A stretch of DNA of 64,000 bases from Amphiscolops sp. MND2022 (taxonomy: Eukaryota), in contig OZ076409.1 in assembly GCA_964187785.1 (NCBI GenBank), positions 99,822,001 through 99,886,000 of the forward strand, given 5' to 3'. Shown here piece after piece: positions 13,331-23,230 of the stretch. Under the pieces are notes generated by a model, which saw nothing but the letters and a program-made list of their open reading frames with translations, was not told the origin of the DNA and made no database searches. How positions within the stretch are numbered: position 1 is the stretch's first letter; each line of letters starts with the position of its first letter. The position numbers were made by a program, and so were the translations under genes.

Positions 13331-16300
13331 CTTTGAAACTTATAATGTGACTAAAGTTTATTTGCATTGAAAACGCGGTAAAATTGATGACGGTCTCAGC
13401 TGCTTTCAAAATTAGAACGGCGTCTTAATGAAACCTGCAAAACTTTGCGGCGCAAAATTGCCGCCAAATTTAGGATGCATTTTATAGCCAGCTTGATAAA
13501 ATTAAATCGAATCAGTGAAGTCTTGTTGCATGGACGTTTCTTTGAGAATTGTATAAAATCATGGAAACTTAGGTTGGTAACCTACAAAAACATGTAAAAA
13601 GTTCAAGCAGTTCCAACCAGGGTGCCGTCAAGTATTGAGTAGACCGATATGCGCAAAAATCCCCTAAAATTGACCATAAAAAGTGACTTTTGACTCAACT
13701 TTTATATAAATACTATTAATTTGATTGTCGTCAATTTTTTGATGCTATCAAGCAATGCTATCAGAAAATGATATGAAAAAATTCTGAGAAACTTTGACAA
13801 AATAATTTCAAATCTAAATGAAGTAATTACTTTGTGAGGTAATGATTAATCGAATTTTTTCTCAATTCCGGAGCAGTTTGCGTAGAGTTTTCTAGGAAAT
13901 CTAATTAAAGTGATTCAACTCACGTGCGCTGGCGGATTTGATCAATATTGCAGCAGCGTTTATAAAGTAGTTTATATTACAAACACTTCAAAATGTATCG
14001 AGTGTTACCAAGTATCAGGTAGTGGTACCAAGAACCACGGCAAACGTGAAAAACGTAGGCTGGATGAGGAGGCCAAATAGAAACTTACATTTTAATCTTC
14101 TGTCTATTTCTCCACCGCTTGGACGTGAAAAAGGAAGCAAAAAAGAAAACCGACCAACAGTGGAGAGTGTGAATTAATTTTTCAAGAGGTGTATAATTAA
14201 TTGATTACGCAAAGATAATCTTGTTTGGCCTTTGATAGCATTATTGGCAGCGCTGGTTTCCTCCGGCGCGCAGTTTGTATCTGGCGTCAGCAGGTAAATC
14301 CGGAATTAATGGACCCGTATTTTGATATGGCGTATAGGGATGATAACAAACAACCAAACAGGGGGGGGTGATAAATCCCAAAATAGGTGTGGGGGTAGGA
14401 TGGATGTAATTTGGGGTCAGGATGTAAAAATTGGATAAGGCTATCGAGAAACGGTGTTGGCGGATCGGTGATAAGAATTGGAGGGAAGAATTGAATTTCT
14501 GGAGGTTCTGCGTTGTTCGCAGGTGTGTTTATTTTGCATAAAGGCAAGCTAATTTTTTATGCACATGAAAAACGGCGGCTATAATCGAAGTCGGCCGGTG
14601 GAGAATTGTTATGACTGGATTTTATTCGAGTACAAAATGCGAGTACACTTTAAATACGTTCCAAGTGCACAGTGCCAAATTATTGCAACATGATACGTAC
14701 TTGCTTGCTCGGTCTTACCAGCCACCAACCAGAAAACTGGCTAGCGTCTAGTCTGGAAGGGGCAGGAACCGGACTCCGGACTACGGTACCGGTCTAAGTC
14801 CACATTATGTTCGTAGCGATGACAATTCGCTGCTAATTAAAGTTTGATGGCAAACAAAATTTCATCCATCATCGCTTGTTGTTTTTCCCGCTGAAAAAAA
14901 AAGACCTTCAATTTCAGACATTTTGAGTGAACTTTTTTAAAAAGAGTTTCCATGAAAATCGGGTTCCTTGCTAGCACTTTGCTTGAGACATTGGACCTTT
15001 TTTCACCATTTTTTTTTCGGATGAAAATGTATTTGGCAAGTTTAACTGTTTGGATTACCTGCCTTTAAAAAAGTGTTGCGATATTTTTCGTACACTTGTT
15101 CGCAACGTGGATAGTAGTGTCGCAGGCGGCCGCCTGCGATGGCAATTGGTACTCTGTGGCATATGACTACAGCAAGGCCCTACCCGGAACGGTCCCCCTT
15201 AATTGAGGAAAATAACGAAGAAGTTTGAAACTTAGTGTAAAACTAACCATTTTGCAAAACTATTTTCCATGTATTAATGCCCTTAAAATACGATGTTACT
15301 TTTATTCAGTTACTGTATTATTGATTTAATACATTGCATTATGTAAAGTTGATTAACAGCATTAATAATTGGACACCAAGGCGTACAGGAGGAGGAAACG
15401 AGTTCAAGTGTTTTCTCTCCTGTCGCCGAGGACGGCCAGTCCAATTATTAAACTGACCAATCAGAGTGCAGTGTTCATTAAATTAATCCATTCTAGTACG
15501 GCGCGGCTTTGTACAAGCGCCGTACTCGGCTTTTGTTCGTATATTCACTTAGTGCTTAGTTGTGATTAAAAGGACTGCTGGTCCAACTAGACATGCGTTG
15601 CTTCAAACAAGCCATTATTTCAGGCCGTCCACGTCTATTTGGACGCCAAGGACGTATTTTCTATGTGCCTTAGAAATGATGAAATATACCATGAAATGTT
15701 GCTATTTAGTATGTATTTAGCCTGCTTGGCTAAAACACCACTTTGTTTATTAAAAAACATGAAATTTGATGTACATGTAAATGTATGAAGTGTTGAATTG
15801 ATGATGCTATGTTAAGGACTCAGTGTCCTCTTAAACAAATCAAGCCGACAGGCTTTGAAGTCTAATTTTAGACCACTATGTGATGTCATGTTACTATATA
15901 TATAGCAGTTGCTGTATTTAGATGGCAGTGAAGGCTATTTTTAGAATGTGACCCCCATAATATTGCGTGTCATGTAAATTTGAACTATATATACTGCGGA
16001 CCCTAGGTCCCAAACAGAATGTTACCTGTTATTGTTACAATCAGTTTGTTGGAATACTCAAACTTTGTTTGCAAGCCTAAGGAACTAATTCAAATTCTTA
16101 CCTCTTGCAATAAACTCTTATGCCTTCTACAAGGAGACAGAAAGCAAAAGCTAGAAAATCCAGAGAAATGGACATATTGTCCGATATGGATAATTTAGAC
16201 GTAATGATTGGGAATGAAAACCCTTTAGAAAGAGAGTTAGCAGGTGTAATAGACCAATCTTCCGTTCACGGCGACATGGAAATTGGTAACCATTCAAGAA

Positions 16301-16663
16301 ATGACTTTAGAGATTACATACATGAAAATGAGCCTCATGGTCAAAATGACATAAGACAGTCCTTTGAAACTTTCTCAAACGAATTTAATCTTAGGTTGTC
16401 CCAGGAAATGGATTCCATGATGGCTATGGTTCACGGGCAAATAAACAGAGCATTTAGTACTGCTATAGCGGAGAAGGTGATTCCAGAAATACAAAACATC
16501 GTGAGTTCTATGTCGTCTTCAGGGAACAGGGACACAGAGGCCAGTACGTCCCCTAGTAGTCAGGAGAATAGGAATGATTTATCTGGCCTAAGAACTAAGA
16601 TATTGAAAAAGGACTCACGGTCCATGGGCGACTTAAGGAACGCCGCGGAACGTGGCTCTTACA
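13094..16663 (+). repeat. 3570-bp direct duplication, copy 1
   Basis: Matches 27051-30620 at offset 13957; only two substitutions spotted by eye (~14745; ~16453, Gag F vs I). Confidence 0.95.
15118..16663 (+). repeat. 5' LTR of element A (1546 bp)
   Basis: TGT...ACA termini; preceded by AGTAG (15113-15117) and followed directly by a TGG PBS; TATA-like tracts ~15894 and ~15986; AATAAA at 16109-16114. Confidence 0.9.
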
Positions 16664-17802
16664 TGGTGACAGGAGCTAACGAAGCCCAGCAGCCTATACC
16701 TGAATTCCTCACTGGACGTATCCACCCAATCCCCAACCTGGAGAGGCAGCAATCAAACCACAATGTCTCTCTGGACACCACTCTGCCAGCCCCGGAACCA
16801 GAGGTCCCTGAGACACCTCAAGACCCTTTGAACAGATTGGCCGACGTGCTGGTCAATTTGCAGAACAAGCCACAAACGATGACTATCAGACCAGTCCAAA
16901 CAACCCCTATGACGTTTGACGGAAAGAGTGAGAAATTCGAACTCTTTGAAGATTTGTTCCACACAATGATCAAAATGCAACCGGCCATGACAGAGCAAAT
17001 GAAAATTAACCATTTCCATTCATTGCTCAGGAAAGGAGCCTTGCAGACCTTCAGGAACATAAACTCAATTAACCGCCAAACACTCGAGGACGTGCTGATC
17101 ATATTCCGGAGAAAATATGTCAAACCGGAATCCCAAGCAACGGCAAAACACAAATGGCATCGGCTGACTTTCGATCCGAATACCATGAAATTGCCGGATT
17201 TCTTGGAAGAACTCAACCAGGGGGCAGAAAAAGCGTTTGGCGAGAATGCAAAAAACATGATTGACAGCTTATTATACGCAAAACTGCCTCCAAAATTGAA
17301 ACGATCTGTCAATATGGCCCACCTGGAGAACGGGACATATGAAGAAATCGTCGCTCATCTCGAAAGAGAGCTTGAACTCAACGCATTAGAAGAATCAGAC
17401 GATTTGCCAATCGCCACAATGGCCTCTGCGTCCACCAGTAACAACAATCTGCTCTCTAATGGCATAAATACTAATAAGGACGCACAATGCTCTTATTGTA
17501 AAGCCACAGGCCACTTTTATAAGAGCTGCCCCAAATTGAAAAAGAAGAAAGAATTGGAGGACAAAAATGGCAAAAAGCCCCAACGTCCCACATACCCAGA
17601 ATGTCCTACTTGCGGAAAGAAAAATCACCCCGTTGAAAGATGCTGGAAAGGGGCTGGAGCACATCTACGTCCCAAAAGGACAAGACCCGAAGATAAAGCC
17701 GATGAAAACTCCGGCGATGAAAAGTTGTCTAAAAAATCAACTAACCCCGAAACTGCATCTTCGAGCCAATCAAACCCACGAAAAACAGACTCAAAAAACT
17801 AA
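16120..17802 (+). CDS. gag: Gag of element A (560 aa)
   Basis: Capsid-like region (TFDGKSEKFELFEDLF...) and two CCHC knuckles (CSYCKATGHFYKSC, CPTCGKKNHPVERC); first 181 codons lie in the LTR. Confidence 0.92.
   Translation: MPSTRRQKAKARKSREMDILSDMDNLDVMIGNENPLERELAGVIDQSSVHGDMEIGNHSRNDFRDYIHENEPHGQNDIRQSFETFSNEFNLRLSQEMDSMMAMVHGQINRAFSTAIAEKVIPEIQNIVSSMSSSGNRDTEASTSPSSQENRNDLSGLRTKILKKDSRSMGDLRNAAERGSYMVTGANEAQQPIPEFLTGRIHPIPNLERQQSNHNVSLDTTLPAPEPEVPETPQDPLNRLADVLVNLQNKPQTMTIRPVQTTPMTFDGKSEKFELFEDLFHTMIKMQPAMTEQMKINHFHSLLRKGALQTFRNINSINRQTLEDVLIIFRRKYVKPESQATAKHKWHRLTFDPNTMKLPDFLEELNQGAEKAFGENAKNMIDSLLYAKLPPKLKRSVNMAHLENGTYEEIVAHLERELELNALEESDDLPIATMASASTSNNNLLSNGINTNKDAQCSYCKATGHFYKSCPKLKKKKELEDKNGKKPQRPTYPECPTCGKKNHPVERCWKGAGAHLRPKRTRPEDKADENSGDEKLSKKSTNPETASSSQSNPRKTDSKN
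16664..16680 (+). promoter_or_regulatory. Primer binding site of element A, inside gag coding sequence
   Basis: TGGTGACAGGAG directly after the LTR ACA; one mismatch from the TGGTGTCAGGAG expected for metazoan tRNA-Leu(CAG) (recalled, not searched). Confidence 0.75.
17793..17799 (+). promoter_or_regulatory. -1 ribosomal frameshift slippery site, gag to pol
   Basis: A AAA AAC immediately before the gag TAA; the -1 frame is open (LISPRLQICNK) into the pol ATG at 17832. Confidence 0.8.
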
Positions 17803-17831
17803 TTTCGCCACGACTCCAAATATGTAACAAG

Positions 17832-20800
17832 ATGTCAGTACGACAGTACGTCATATCTGACCCTGCAAACATTACATATAAACAAACTCAAAATGACACC
17901 ACAGGGATGCCATCGACTGTCTGGCAGCAGCAGATGGCCGACGCCCGCAGAGAAACTCAATATATCATCCACAGTGATCACCCATACTTATACCGACGGA
18001 ACAGTAACCACAAAGACTCCGAAACTCAATTTAGACCCTTACAAATTGTCGAAGATTATAACCCTCAATACTATGACCCCGAGTATGGCAAAGACCCGTA
18101 CTGGGACGAGGAACTATATGACAAAACCAATTTACAATTCCGAAACGAAGATTACCCTCCAACTGACGACGAGGACGACCCAGACATTGAAGATAACACA
18201 CTGTCTCGGGCCCTCATTGATCTTTGGCAGCCGAACTTTGAGGCAACTATACAAGAAGTAGATGCCATACACACACAGGAGGACCACAAGGCTCCTAATA
18301 GTCTTTTAGACGAGACAGCTTTCTTACACCTCCTAGTGGCCAAAGAAGGAGAATTACCCTATGTTCCCCTTTCAACGAACCTTGGACTTAAATTCAAACG
18401 ACGAATGCTCTATTTCCCAATGGACTTTGGGGAATTAACTCTAGACGGCCTGATAGACACTGGAGCTCACTCCAGTGCAATCCCGGAGGCAGACCTCAGG
18501 AAAATACGCCTGTTGGCCCCCCAATCCATTATAAAAGAAGGTCCTGCACCATCCTTCCAAATAATGGTCGCAAATGGAGACTTAGAAACCCCAAAGAGCA
18601 CGGTCGAACTAAAATTCGAAGTGGGCGATATAGAATTTCACGAAATTTTCATAGTAATGGAAAAACTATCAAGCCCCATAATTGGACTAATGTTCCTCCA
18701 AAGGAACCACACTGTCCTGGACATGCGCCAAGGTATACTCAACTTTCCTTACTTCTCGATGCAACTCAAGACGGCTGACCATAAATACTCAAATGTTTTG
18801 GAACCCATCCTCAACCCTGAGGATGTCACAATTCCGCCCAACGACCATGTAGTCATACCCATTCAATCACAAATTTATGCAGAAAATGCAGTTACGGGTA
18901 TATTGCAACCCAGCGACCTTCTGCACGAAGAAGGCGACATAACCTTCTGTGCCGCCATAGTCACGCTACATGAAGGGGCTATGAGAATACACGTTAACAA
19001 TTTCACTGACCAACCCTATAAAATAAAGAAAGGGATGCACATTGCAAACTTCTCAGTGATGACCCCTGAACAGATGAAACACGTCAGGCCAATAGACCCA
19101 GTGTCCACCTGGCACTTACTGAACGAAAATGAAGATGACGCTATTTATTATATAAGTAGCCTTCTTAAAGCTAACAGAAATAATGACCAATACGAACAAT
19201 ATTGGTTCCCCACGCCTGAAAACCCAGGGGACGAAACGACTCATACCCCAATACAACAAAGAATTCTCAAAGAATTACGAAATCTACAAAGTTTAGAACA
19301 ACTCAACCCGCACGACGATGTGGAATCTCGTCGAAAATTCCTCAGCAACTTTGATTGGAAAGACTCAATGTTACAACAACATGAAATCAGACAAATAGAG
19401 ACTCTATTAGTGGAATTCCATGACATCTTTGCACGCCATAGATTTGACATAGGCGTCAATGAGGAATTTACGGTCAAACTGACCCCAAAAGACGACTCAC
19501 CTGCCTACAGTCAGAGCCTACCTACCCCAGTCAACCTCAAAGAGGACATATTGGTCGAACTGGCGTTACTTCATAAATATGGTATTATAACGACATTACC
19601 ATTCTCAAAGTATGCCAGTCCCATCTTCGCGCAGAAAAAACCCAATGGGAAATTGAGACTGTTGGTTGATTTGAGGAAAATAAATAATCTCATCTCAGAC
19701 GATTATATCAACAACAATCACCCAGTCAGTACCCTAACGGATGCGGCACAACATATGGCAGGCAAAAAGCTCTTTTGCAAACTCGACTGTTCCCAGGCTT
19801 ACCACTGCCTACCCATGGCGGACCAGAAATCGATTGAAATGCTGGCCTTTAACTTCGCCAGCAGAACATTTGCATATAGAAGATTAGCCCAAGGACTCAG
19901 TAGAGCCCTGTCGGCCTTCTCCAGTTTTATAAGGGAATATTTGGACCGTGTTATAAAAGCAGACCAATGTGCTCAATATGTGGACGATATCGGCGTCGCG
20001 GCGACAGACGCTAACCAGCTTATCGTCAACTTAAGAGCAACGTTCCAATGTATCAGAGAAGCAGGATTGAAATTGTCCATGCACAAGTGCCATTTCGGTG
20101 CTACTGAAATTGACTTTCTTGGGAGAACCATTACACCTGAAGGCGTAAAACCCCAAAAAGAAAGAATCACTAACTTTTTGGAAAAGACGAAATTCCCAAA
20201 GTCCAAGAAGGCCTTACAACGCTACCTTGGTTTCCTCAATTATTACAGGAATTATATTCCAAGGCTATCCGAAAAACTAGTTCCCTTCTTCCAATTGCTC
20301 AAAAAAGATGAAAAGGTACTAGTAACGCAAGAGCTAGTTGAACAATTTAATGAGATCAACCGCGATTTAGACCGATGTAGCCAATTGGCGTTGAAACAAC
20401 CTCTGCCGAACAAACAACTGGTCCTCATGACTGACGCAAGTTTTACAGCAGCCGGTTACGCCATATTGACCGAAGACGACCCAAACCAAAAATACACTTC
20501 TGCTAAAAAGTCCTATGCACCGATTGCATATGGATCTAAGACTTTCACGCCTTCTCAGCTCAAAATGTCGATATATGCAAAGGAATTCCTAGCTATATAT
20601 TATGCATTTAAGGAGTTTGGACATATCTTCTGGGGAACACCTCATCCCGTGATTATCCTCACAGATAACAAATCGGTCACAAGGTTCTTCCAGACAAAGA
20701 TAATTCCACCGCCCCTCTGGAATGCTTGTGATTTTGTCATTCAATTCAACTTCATTATAGCTCACATTCCAGGCAAAAACAATACAGCGGCAGACTACTT

Positions 20801-23066
20801 GTCCCGTATGGAAATGGACCCTAATGAAAAGTTAGTCCTGAAAACACGTGCAGACGTCGAGACCCGACCAATTGAAGTCAATGTTCAATCAGCGGGAGTA
20901 TCTGAAGAAGAGCAAGTCTTTTTTACTGAAGCAGACGATGAGACAGAGCAACAAATTTGGGAACGGAAACAACAATCCAAAAGGGGCCTCATAGTCCCTG
21001 AGGCAGTAATCCAAATTGACGCTATATCAGAAAATACCGTCGAAGAGATCACTAACTTCACACAGAAATTAAGAAGAACAAATCAGATACTGCTTGAACA
21101 ATCCAGAGACCCGATTCTCCTCCAACTGAGGGCGAAACTTCAAAATGAAGAATACTCTGAAGAAATCCTTCAACAGGATATTCGGTACAAGTATTACTTG
21201 AACAACATAGACAGAATAGTCCTCAAAGACGAGATAGTGACGCGACAGTACTATGATGAAACTGGACAGATCAAATACCATCAAATCTTATTGCCAAAGC
21301 ATTTACTCAAAGAATTATTACAAGCAATACATGGCACAGCACATCGACACCCGGGCATTTCTAAAATGCTACAGGAAATTCGTCAAAAGTATTACTACCC
21401 AGGAATAGCAAAACACGTCAAAAAGTGGGTAGAAGGGTGTCAAATATGTGCCAAGGACAAGAGAGTCCCCAATGCTGCAATTACACCTGAATTGCTAAAT
21501 TTGCCCGAATGGGACCTTGGCCCAGAAGATGCCATGCAAATTGATTTGTTACCAAATTTACCAATTAGTGGCGGATACCAGACAGTGATGACAGCAATAG
21601 ATGTATTCTCACGATATCTTTTCGCCTACCCGCTAATTGAGGCAACAGCCGCAAATGTAGCCAAGGTGATAATTGACATAATGACGAAACACACTTATTT
21701 ACCGACAACTCTCATCACAGACAAGGGGTCCGCATTTACTTCAACAATTTTGGCAGAAATTACTGCAATATTGGGCATAACACTCAAATGCGCAACTACA
21801 AAGCACCCGCAAACTATTGGCAAACTTGAGAGGACTCACGCCTCTTTGAAGACTAATTTGAAGATGGCCTCAGGGGAATATCGCCGTCAATGGCATAAAT
21901 ATTTGCCGCTGGCTGTGCTCAACTACAACACTACTTATCATTCGAGTATTGGATGTGAGCCTAGCAAGGTCTTTCACGGACGAATTCCCTATAACGTCCT
22001 TGATCATAAATTGGGAAATAATCCTAATAAAAATTACCTACCAACAACTGAATTTGCGGAAGAATTACAACAGAGGACGCAAATCCTCATTGATCAGACG
22101 AAGAACAATATCATGCAGTCGTATTTAAAGTACAAGGAGTACTACGACCGCAAGGCCAAAGCGGCTCCGCTACAAGAAAAGGACTATTGTTTTGTTCTTC
22201 AACCAAAAGCGGATAGTCAAGGATCAAAAATACCCTTTAGGGACTACAGATGGACTGGACCCTTTGTTGTTCAAAAAGTCCTACCAAACAATAATTATAT
22301 AGTGCGTCGTTTAAATACGAACAAAACGCAAATCCTACACCGAATCAGGCTCAAAAAATTTGTCCCAAACGCCCCATTAGAAGACAAATATAAAGAAGAG
22401 AAACTACAGCCCGACGAATCAATAGTAATACCGCAAGACGACTTATATACCATTTCATGGGAAGCGGACTTTGAGTACGAGCTGTTTGAGCCGCGAAAGA
22501 ATGATTGGACGGACGCGGTCACGCGCCTTCCACAGGACGCCACGAGCGGTGATGTAAACTATTACGTCACCGACAATGAATGCAACAGCGAAGAAAGGAA
22601 CGAAAATGACGTCATTGAAAACGAAGTAAGGACGAGTACGTCCGAAGGCCATGAAATGACGTCCACTCGGGACGAATCGACTGCCAAGCCGCAAAATGAG
22701 AATAACGTCACCGAAGATGAAATAAGGACGCGCACGGCCACTAGCCGAGATACACCTACAACGCGTGATGAAAATGACGTCAACGAATATGCAGCAAATG
22801 ATGAAAAACGCAGCGAAACTGAAAGGCCGAATACGGCTACTAGCCGAGACAACCGAAATTTTACCGATGCCCCTACACACCTACCGAATGAAAATTATGA
22901 TGATGTACGAAACTCTCCCAACAGAGGGGAGGATAATTCCGTGCCCGGAATATCGGACAATGGGAAAAATACGGAAAATGAGAATGAAACGTCTAGCCCT
23001 AGAGGAGGGAAATATAATCTTCGACCTAACCCCACCCCCAACTACACTGATGAATATAGATACTAG
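17832..23066 (+). CDS. pol: Pol of element A (1744 aa): protease, dUTPase-like region, RT, RNase H, integrase, acidic tail
   Basis: LIDTGA protease; YVDD RT; TDAS..KEFLAI..TDNK RNase H; HHCC, IDLL..TDKG..LERTH integrase; WTGPF motif; uninterrupted frame. Confidence 0.96.
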   Translation: MSVRQYVISDPANITYKQTQNDTTGMPSTVWQQQMADARRETQYIIHSDHPYLYRRNSNHKDSETQFRPLQIVEDYNPQYYDPEYGKDPYWDEELYDKTNLQFRNEDYPPTDDEDDPDIEDNTLSRALIDLWQPNFEATIQEVDAIHTQEDHKAPNSLLDETAFLHLLVAKEGELPYVPLSTNLGLKFKRRMLYFPMDFGELTLDGLIDTGAHSSAIPEADLRKIRLLAPQSIIKEGPAPSFQIMVANGDLETPKSTVELKFEVGDIEFHEIFIVMEKLSSPIIGLMFLQRNHTVLDMRQGILNFPYFSMQLKTADHKYSNVLEPILNPEDVTIPPNDHVVIPIQSQIYAENAVTGILQPSDLLHEEGDITFCAAIVTLHEGAMRIHVNNFTDQPYKIKKGMHIANFSVMTPEQMKHVRPIDPVSTWHLLNENEDDAIYYISSLLKANRNNDQYEQYWFPTPENPGDETTHTPIQQRILKELRNLQSLEQLNPHDDVESRRKFLSNFDWKDSMLQQHEIRQIETLLVEFHDIFARHRFDIGVNEEFTVKLTPKDDSPAYSQSLPTPVNLKEDILVELALLHKYGIITTLPFSKYASPIFAQKKPNGKLRLLVDLRKINNLISDDYINNNHPVSTLTDAAQHMAGKKLFCKLDCSQAYHCLPMADQKSIEMLAFNFASRTFAYRRLAQGLSRALSAFSSFIREYLDRVIKADQCAQYVDDIGVAATDANQLIVNLRATFQCIREAGLKLSMHKCHFGATEIDFLGRTITPEGVKPQKERITNFLEKTKFPKSKKALQRYLGFLNYYRNYIPRLSEKLVPFFQLLKKDEKVLVTQELVEQFNEINRDLDRCSQLALKQPLPNKQLVLMTDASFTAAGYAILTEDDPNQKYTSAKKSYAPIAYGSKTFTPSQLKMSIYAKEFLAIYYAFKEFGHIFWGTPHPVIILTDNKSVTRFFQTKIIPPPLWNACDFVIQFNFIIAHIPGKNNTAADYLSRMEMDPNEKLVLKTRADVETRPIEVNVQSAGVSEEEQVFFTEADDETEQQIWERKQQSKRGLIVPEAVIQIDAISENTVEEITNFTQKLRRTNQILLEQSRDPILLQLRAKLQNEEYSEEILQQDIRYKYYLNNIDRIVLKDEIVTRQYYDETGQIKYHQILLPKHLLKELLQAIHGTAHRHPGISKMLQEIRQKYYYPGIAKHVKKWVEGCQICAKDKRVPNAAITPELLNLPEWDLGPEDAMQIDLLPNLPISGGYQTVMTAIDVFSRYLFAYPLIEATAANVAKVIIDIMTKHTYLPTTLITDKGSAFTSTILAEITAILGITLKCATTKHPQTIGKLERTHASLKTNLKMASGEYRRQWHKYLPLAVLNYNTTYHSSIGCEPSKVFHGRIPYNVLDHKLGNNPNKNYLPTTEFAEELQQRTQILIDQTKNNIMQSYLKYKEYYDRKAKAAPLQEKDYCFVLQPKADSQGSKIPFRDYRWTGPFVVQKVLPNNNYIVRRLNTNKTQILHRIRLKKFVPNAPLEDKYKEEKLQPDESIVIPQDDLYTISWEADFEYELFEPRKNDWTDAVTRLPQDATSGDVNYYVTDNECNSEERNENDVIENEVRTSTSEGHEMTSTRDESTAKPQNENNVTEDEIRTRTATSRDTPTTRDENDVNEYAANDEKRSETERPNTATSRDNRNFTDAPTHLPNENYDDVRNSPNRGEDNSVPGISDNGKNTENENETSSPRGGKYNLRPNPTPNYTDEYRY

Positions 23067-23230
23067 TCAGAAATGTTAAATTATGTCCCTACATATTTTG
23101 TAGCCTAATAAGGCATATTCTCTACTGGGACTATTCTGACTTTTTGACTCAACAGACTAACTATATAAACACAAACAGAATCAAAATATACAAAACAAAG
23201 TCTAAAATGGCAAATGTACATTATGTACAT

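Noticed and set aside
14287..14547. 86-aa Pro-rich ORF present twice
   Set aside because: The second copy is only the duplication, and the composition reflects a G-rich opposite strand.
13094..16663. 3.57-kb repeat read as one giant LTR
   Set aside because: It starts mid-MITE without TG. The real LTR is fixed by AGTAG|TGT at 15118 and ACA|TGG at 16663.
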